From: Craspedostauros australis
Lineage: Eukaryota
DNA length: 38,854 nt
Direction of reading: 5' to 3'
Assembly: GCA_030167865.1 (NCBI GenBank)
Contig: JALAGF010004722.1
Span: 1-38,854 of the forward strand
Every line of letters begins with the position of its first letter. The first letter of the stretch is position 1. Shown in pieces: positions 33,926-38,854 of this stretch. The translations under genes and the position numbers were made by a program. The notes beneath the pieces were generated by a model. It was not told where the DNA came from. It saw nothing but the letters and a program-made list of their open reading frames with translations, and did no database searches.

Positions 33926-36618
33926 TGTTCAAGTCGTGATGTGATGTGGTCTGCTATGGAATGCTGTGATCTGCTATGGATGTTTCTGAGCAACTCTTCT
34001 TGCACTCCTCTCCAGATGGTATAGCAGAGCTCTCTCCGATCTCGGATTGTGATGCTCTGTTGCTCTCGACCAACGAACTTGGGTTCAATCGAAGCCAACT
34101 TGAATGATGGGAGTGAACGATTACCACCGCGATACGAGACGAGGCGAGTAGTGCTTCTGATGATTTGTGATTGTATGTATGCTTGGCAACGTCGAGGTGT
34201 GACATCAATTGCGATTGTGGTTGTGGTTGTGGTTGTGGTTGCGTGGTCGAGGCTGACTGAGTTACCGTTCCACCAAAGTTATGGGCACAATGGTGATGGA
34301 GGACGAGCATGTACCGTGCCATGCCGTGCCCCACGCGAAAGTGTTTGAATACGCGATGGGAGCGATTGTTTGGCCGAACAGATTCAACATGAATCGCAAC
34401 GAATGATGCGCGAGCGACCCTGATTGATGCGAGCCTCTTTTGGTTGCTGTTGCCACCGTCGTTGTGCCTTCCTTGACAGAGTTCACGATCTCTCTCTCTC
34501 TCTTCCCTGTGTGATGTGGGTTTGGCCATTCCTCTCTTGGTGAGGCGCCGGCGTGAGCAGTTGTTGGTTGGCGGAAGACCAGAACAGAGAATTCTGCTCT
34601 ACCAAAGTCACATACTTCAACATGCGTCTCGTGCGTTGTGGCAACACGCTGACTCATGTCGACTTTGGCAGCATCAACTATTACCGCACCACAGAACGCG
34701 CCCAACCACCCATGAACAATGAATCAAGATGGCAGGTCCAACGAGTTCCTGAACGATGTCCAGAGAAGCGCAGTTGATAACGGAGGGAACATGTTTGGGT
34801 GGGTTGTGTTGAAGCTCGCATGATCTGGTCTTCCTTGCTCTGTCAAGATGACACATTCGCAACACCACAATGTTTAATCGAGACACATCATGTTCATATT
34901 CAATACGTATTGGAAGAACACATTGATTCCTTCTTGGGCGGGATTACTTAGAGGGTTCATATCGTCATTTTCTGTCCAACACCGTTTTGCGTGCCTGTAG
35001 GGCTTAGGTGTGGTGTGCTTTTGATCGCAGAAGACTTTTGTTTGGGAAGACCACGTCTTGCTCACAATTTCGGGGGTATTTGCAGCCTAGCAACCTCGCA
35101 CGCATGCTCCACAGAACGCAAAAAGAGCATCAGCATCCGTGTTGGATTGATCCTTGGCGATGCCCTCCTTTCTCTGGATGTGAACACGATGAACTTGCTT
35201 CAAGGCTCTTGTCGCTTTGCAGAGAAACCATGGCGGAAAACACGCTCATCCATCCGTATGTCTGCGAGACTCATTCCACGCACCTGCGGCACAACAACAC
35301 TCTGTGGTATCTATTATACTATTGTATTCTACGTACCATAGTATGGCACCACATTTATGCCACAGGCAAGATCTAGCATGCCATGATGCAACTCGATGTA
35401 GGGTACAGTGCCATGCGCAGGACGATGCGTTGGAGATGGAAGGGAAGCAGCTGGAGATCAAGTGGGAGGGGAGGCCGCTGCTTTCCTCACCAGCCGAGAG
35501 GCGCAGCTACTGCCATGATGCGATCTTTGCTTGTGCACCAGCGGAGGCAGAAGTTTCCTGGTCAACTGACATTTGTTGCCAGAACGTTCTGCGCTGGCTC
35601 GTCCCTGCGCAAGGTACTACACTATGCATGGTAGGTGGCCTCACATCACGCTTCTGTGGGCTTGTTGTCGTATTCGGGGCTGGAAGTTGGACAAGAGCGG
35701 CACACGACCTCTGTGAGTTCTCTACCTTGTACCGCAGCTTCGCACGTCCGCCACCATGTCACGCGAGGGGGTCGTGGTGTGGCAATAGCTCGCAGGGAGG
35801 GCGACCTACGCGACGCTTTCAGAACATCGTGGGCCTGATAGGTGAGCAGGCCACATATTTCCGACGAAGAACCAGCAGCTGCGGGAGTAGGTACGGCCTG
35901 AACACAAGTGTGACGGGGGCCCTGCACGGTGCAATGGACCATCACAACAAACCAGCGCAATCAAGCAGCAAACGAGGTTTTATGTGATGCAGCATTTGTT
36001 GTGATGTGAGGCGCGATCACATTTCTCTCTTGTGGTGCGGAGTGCATGCGTTTCTGTGTCGCTGTTCCTATGTTGGTCCTGTCATGAGAAATCCGCAACA
36101 CGCCTGGCTTCGTTCTATTCGAAGAAGTTAGTGTTCTGACATTGCCTTGTTTGTGCTTCACTTCTGCGCTGTGCTGCAAAAGTGTCTGCCGTTGGGTCTT
36201 GTCCCGACTCGGGGGAACTCACCACAGCGCTTTGTGCGGAGTGTCAAAGTGTCGGAGTGTCAGAGCGTCGGAGTGTCAGGGTTGGATCTTGTGCTGCTCC
36301 GCAGGAGCAGTTCGCATTTCGACAGAAGAAGAAACAGCTCATCACGATCAACTTGCGCAAACAGGAAGGCAGATGCGATCTTGGCTTGACTGTTCCCCTT
36401 CGTCTCCGCGGGCCCAGATTCGGAGACACATCATCCTGCGCAGCTCAACGAAGCCGAGCCAAATGCGCAAGTGGGAGCCAGCTCCTTTGGATGATGCACC
36501 ATTCCGTGTGACGCGTCGGACTGACGGTGCGAAATTGTCATTCAGCTCTGGACGAGAAGCCACGATGATCGTTCCCGAATGATGAGCTGGAATCGCAAAG
36601 AAAGGTATGAACTCAACA

Positions 36619-36637
36619 GAGAGAGAGAGAGAGAGAG
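36619..36637. repeat. (GA)n microsatellite
   Basis: Directly visible; similar tracts lie near 3677-3700, 7951-7968, 11906-11917 and 34488-34502. Confidence 0.85.
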
Positions 36638-37201
36638 CGAGCAAAGAAAGAGCAACGAGCAAAGGCAGCCACGATAAGCCAAACAGTCACAACTTTTTCA
36701 TGTGCTCTGCTCTTGCGCGACACCAGATGGGAAATGATGGGATTGAGGACGGGACAGCAAGGGTGAACAAACACTGCGGCGACTATGGAGGCGCCATGGT
36801 TCTTACGGGCGCGAACTCGAGCTCGAGCTATGGTACATAACGTCCCCAACGAACATGAAGGAGAGAGGTCGTGCAAAACTGATGTAGGGTCCGTACCCGA
36901 GAAAACAGCTGGTGAGCGTCCATCCGCCGCCACCAAGACAGGGGGCCTTGGGTATCATTCACGGAGTGTCGATCACAGAGGCTTCACAGGGTTCTCCGTG
37001 AACCACAGGAGAACAACGATTGTCTCCAACAATATGTGATCGTATGACGAGTATCGCCCAACCGCGACACCAACAACAATGTCCGCACAAAAAGTCTGGA
37101 GGTTTGAATCAACAACAACCCCTCACCCAAATCGCTGTGCCACGATCGCAGCAACCCAACAACCCAGTCAGTCTCTGATCAACAATGAAGCACAAGGCCC
37201 A

Positions 37202-37223
37202 TGCACATGCACATGCACATGCA
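37202..37223. repeat. (TGCACA)3+ microsatellite
   Basis: Directly visible. Confidence 0.8.
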
Positions 37224-38854
37224 AATGGAGTTGTCACGGCAATCGCTGGTCCGCAGTCTCGCAGTTCGAAGCGGTGATTACGGTTGCAAAAGCAGCCAAG
37301 TTGCCATGCTCGTGTTATCTTTTCCTACTACTACGACTAGTATCGATCGCGGCACTCTTGGGACAGGATCGCAACTGCCTTGTAACCTGCGAAGCGACAC
37401 GATGCCTTATCGTGGGAGTGTCGCAAAGTGGCACAAGAGATCGAGCAGGTACGACTACGAACATCTCTGTTCGTCGCCGGCCAGGGATTAGTTTTCATCT
37501 CTGGGGATCCAGTGAGACCCTTCAGTCTTTTCCTTGTTCGTTGTTGGCAGTTATTCCGAAGTCTCGGTTCTTCACAACACCATAGCATTGACACCTTCGC
37601 GAATGGAAGCAACCCTCCTTCGCTCCCATGTATTGGGTGGGTGTGCGGTGTGCGCAGCAACGCATCCAACCCGCCCTTCGTGTTGCTGCTCTCTAACTAG
37701 CTCGTATTATACCCCAACATGTGTTCTTCTTTGGGGCTCATTTCCTCTCGGAGTGATGATCCATCAGTTTCCGACAACTTGCGGCAACGGTACGAGCGTC
37801 ATCGATCGTTTGGTGGTTTTATTCGAGCATCTCCGGCGTTATTTCTTGTGCGCATCGACGTCAGGGACCGACAGATCGAAGTTCATTTGGATGAATGGAG
37901 TTGTCTATTCTGAGCAGCTGGCCTCAGGATTTTTCCCAGGATTACAAATGCGAAGATTGCTAAATGATGCAAATCCGCAAGAACCTGACACACCAGCGAG
38001 TCAGTCAGGTGGGTAGCCGGTGAACAGATCCATCGTTGACTTGGGCAGACATATGACCCCATTCAGGGTTCGCACGTACGTTCTTGCGGACTTGACATCG
38101 TAAAACATGATATTTTTAGAACATGATGTTGCGTCTTGTCCATTAGGGTTAGATATATTTAGCTAGCTTCTACGACACAACTACCTGGCTGACTTGTCTT
38201 CACCGCGGACGAAAATGATGACGTCTTTGACGGTCGATATCAGACGGCTATGGTATCCAACGGTGTGGATGGTGATGTTGGGGCAGATTCGGTGTTGCGT
38301 TGATTCCTCGCGTTGTTGGTCATTTGGCCCATTTGGGTGTTTCCACGTTTTTGCGTGTTGTGTCAAGCAGCGCAGCGTTGGTGGCGGCTTCCCGACACGT
38401 CCACGTTCACGGCAACAGCAACAGCAACACTTGCGTATACCACACAACACAGTATTATATAATGTAATGGAGCACAGTGACTTATCCTGTGGTATGCAAC
38501 ATATTTTACTCTTTAATCTAAGCTTAGTTTGTCAATACAAAGTCCTGCACAACCTGCTTTTCTCCCCTTGCTGACTGATGGCGGTCGCGTTGTTTCTCTT
38601 GTTGTTTCTCGTTTTGCGATTCGTGCGCTTGCGGGTTCATTTTTACCTTTCCTGTTGCGGCAGCCATCATTGTGCAAATCGCAACACGATTTCGGCTGGA
38701 AGAAAACACCAAATGACCACATTTCTTCCTTTCTGTTGGTTCCTTTTGGTCGATGTGGCGTCAGAGCACGTTTTGGTCCTTCCGATCCTGGTTGTGGGAC
38801 AGACATTGAATTTGTCGATTTGAGGGATCGAACAGAGACAAACGACACGAGAAC

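Noticed and set aside
35217..35987. 256-aa + strand ORF
   Set aside because: Non-ATG start, atypical Cys/His/Arg-rich composition and no motifs. It cannot be supported as a gene.
38143..38152. TTAGGGTTAG telomere-like motif
   Set aside because: Fewer than two copies; compatible with chance.

Overview
Eukaryotic nuclear DNA, most likely from a diatom. This rests on the GT-AG introns, a bipartite plastid-targeting presequence on TatB, a membrane cyclase-phosphodiesterase fusion and microsatellite-rich spacers; the species cannot be determined from the sequence. About nine intact or near-intact genes are supported: an ankyrin-repeat/BTB gene split by a frameshift, three related low-complexity proteins, a membrane-anchored SET-domain protein, a small bacterial-looking protein, a two-exon plastid TatB, a two-exon ~1735-aa receptor guanylate-cyclase/PDE with an extra ~440-aa C-terminal module, and a two-exon four-TM claudin-like protein. 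The first ~10 kb is largely decayed: reading frames broken by TGA/TAA stops, a possible MULE remnant, and a 1247-bp non-autonomous DNA transposon (22-bp TIRs, ATT target duplication) carrying a piggyBac-like Cys-rich fragment. I could not assign the stretches at about 14-16.5 kb, 28-30.5 kb and 34-38.8 kb. All family calls come from motif recognition by eye; no database searches were run.
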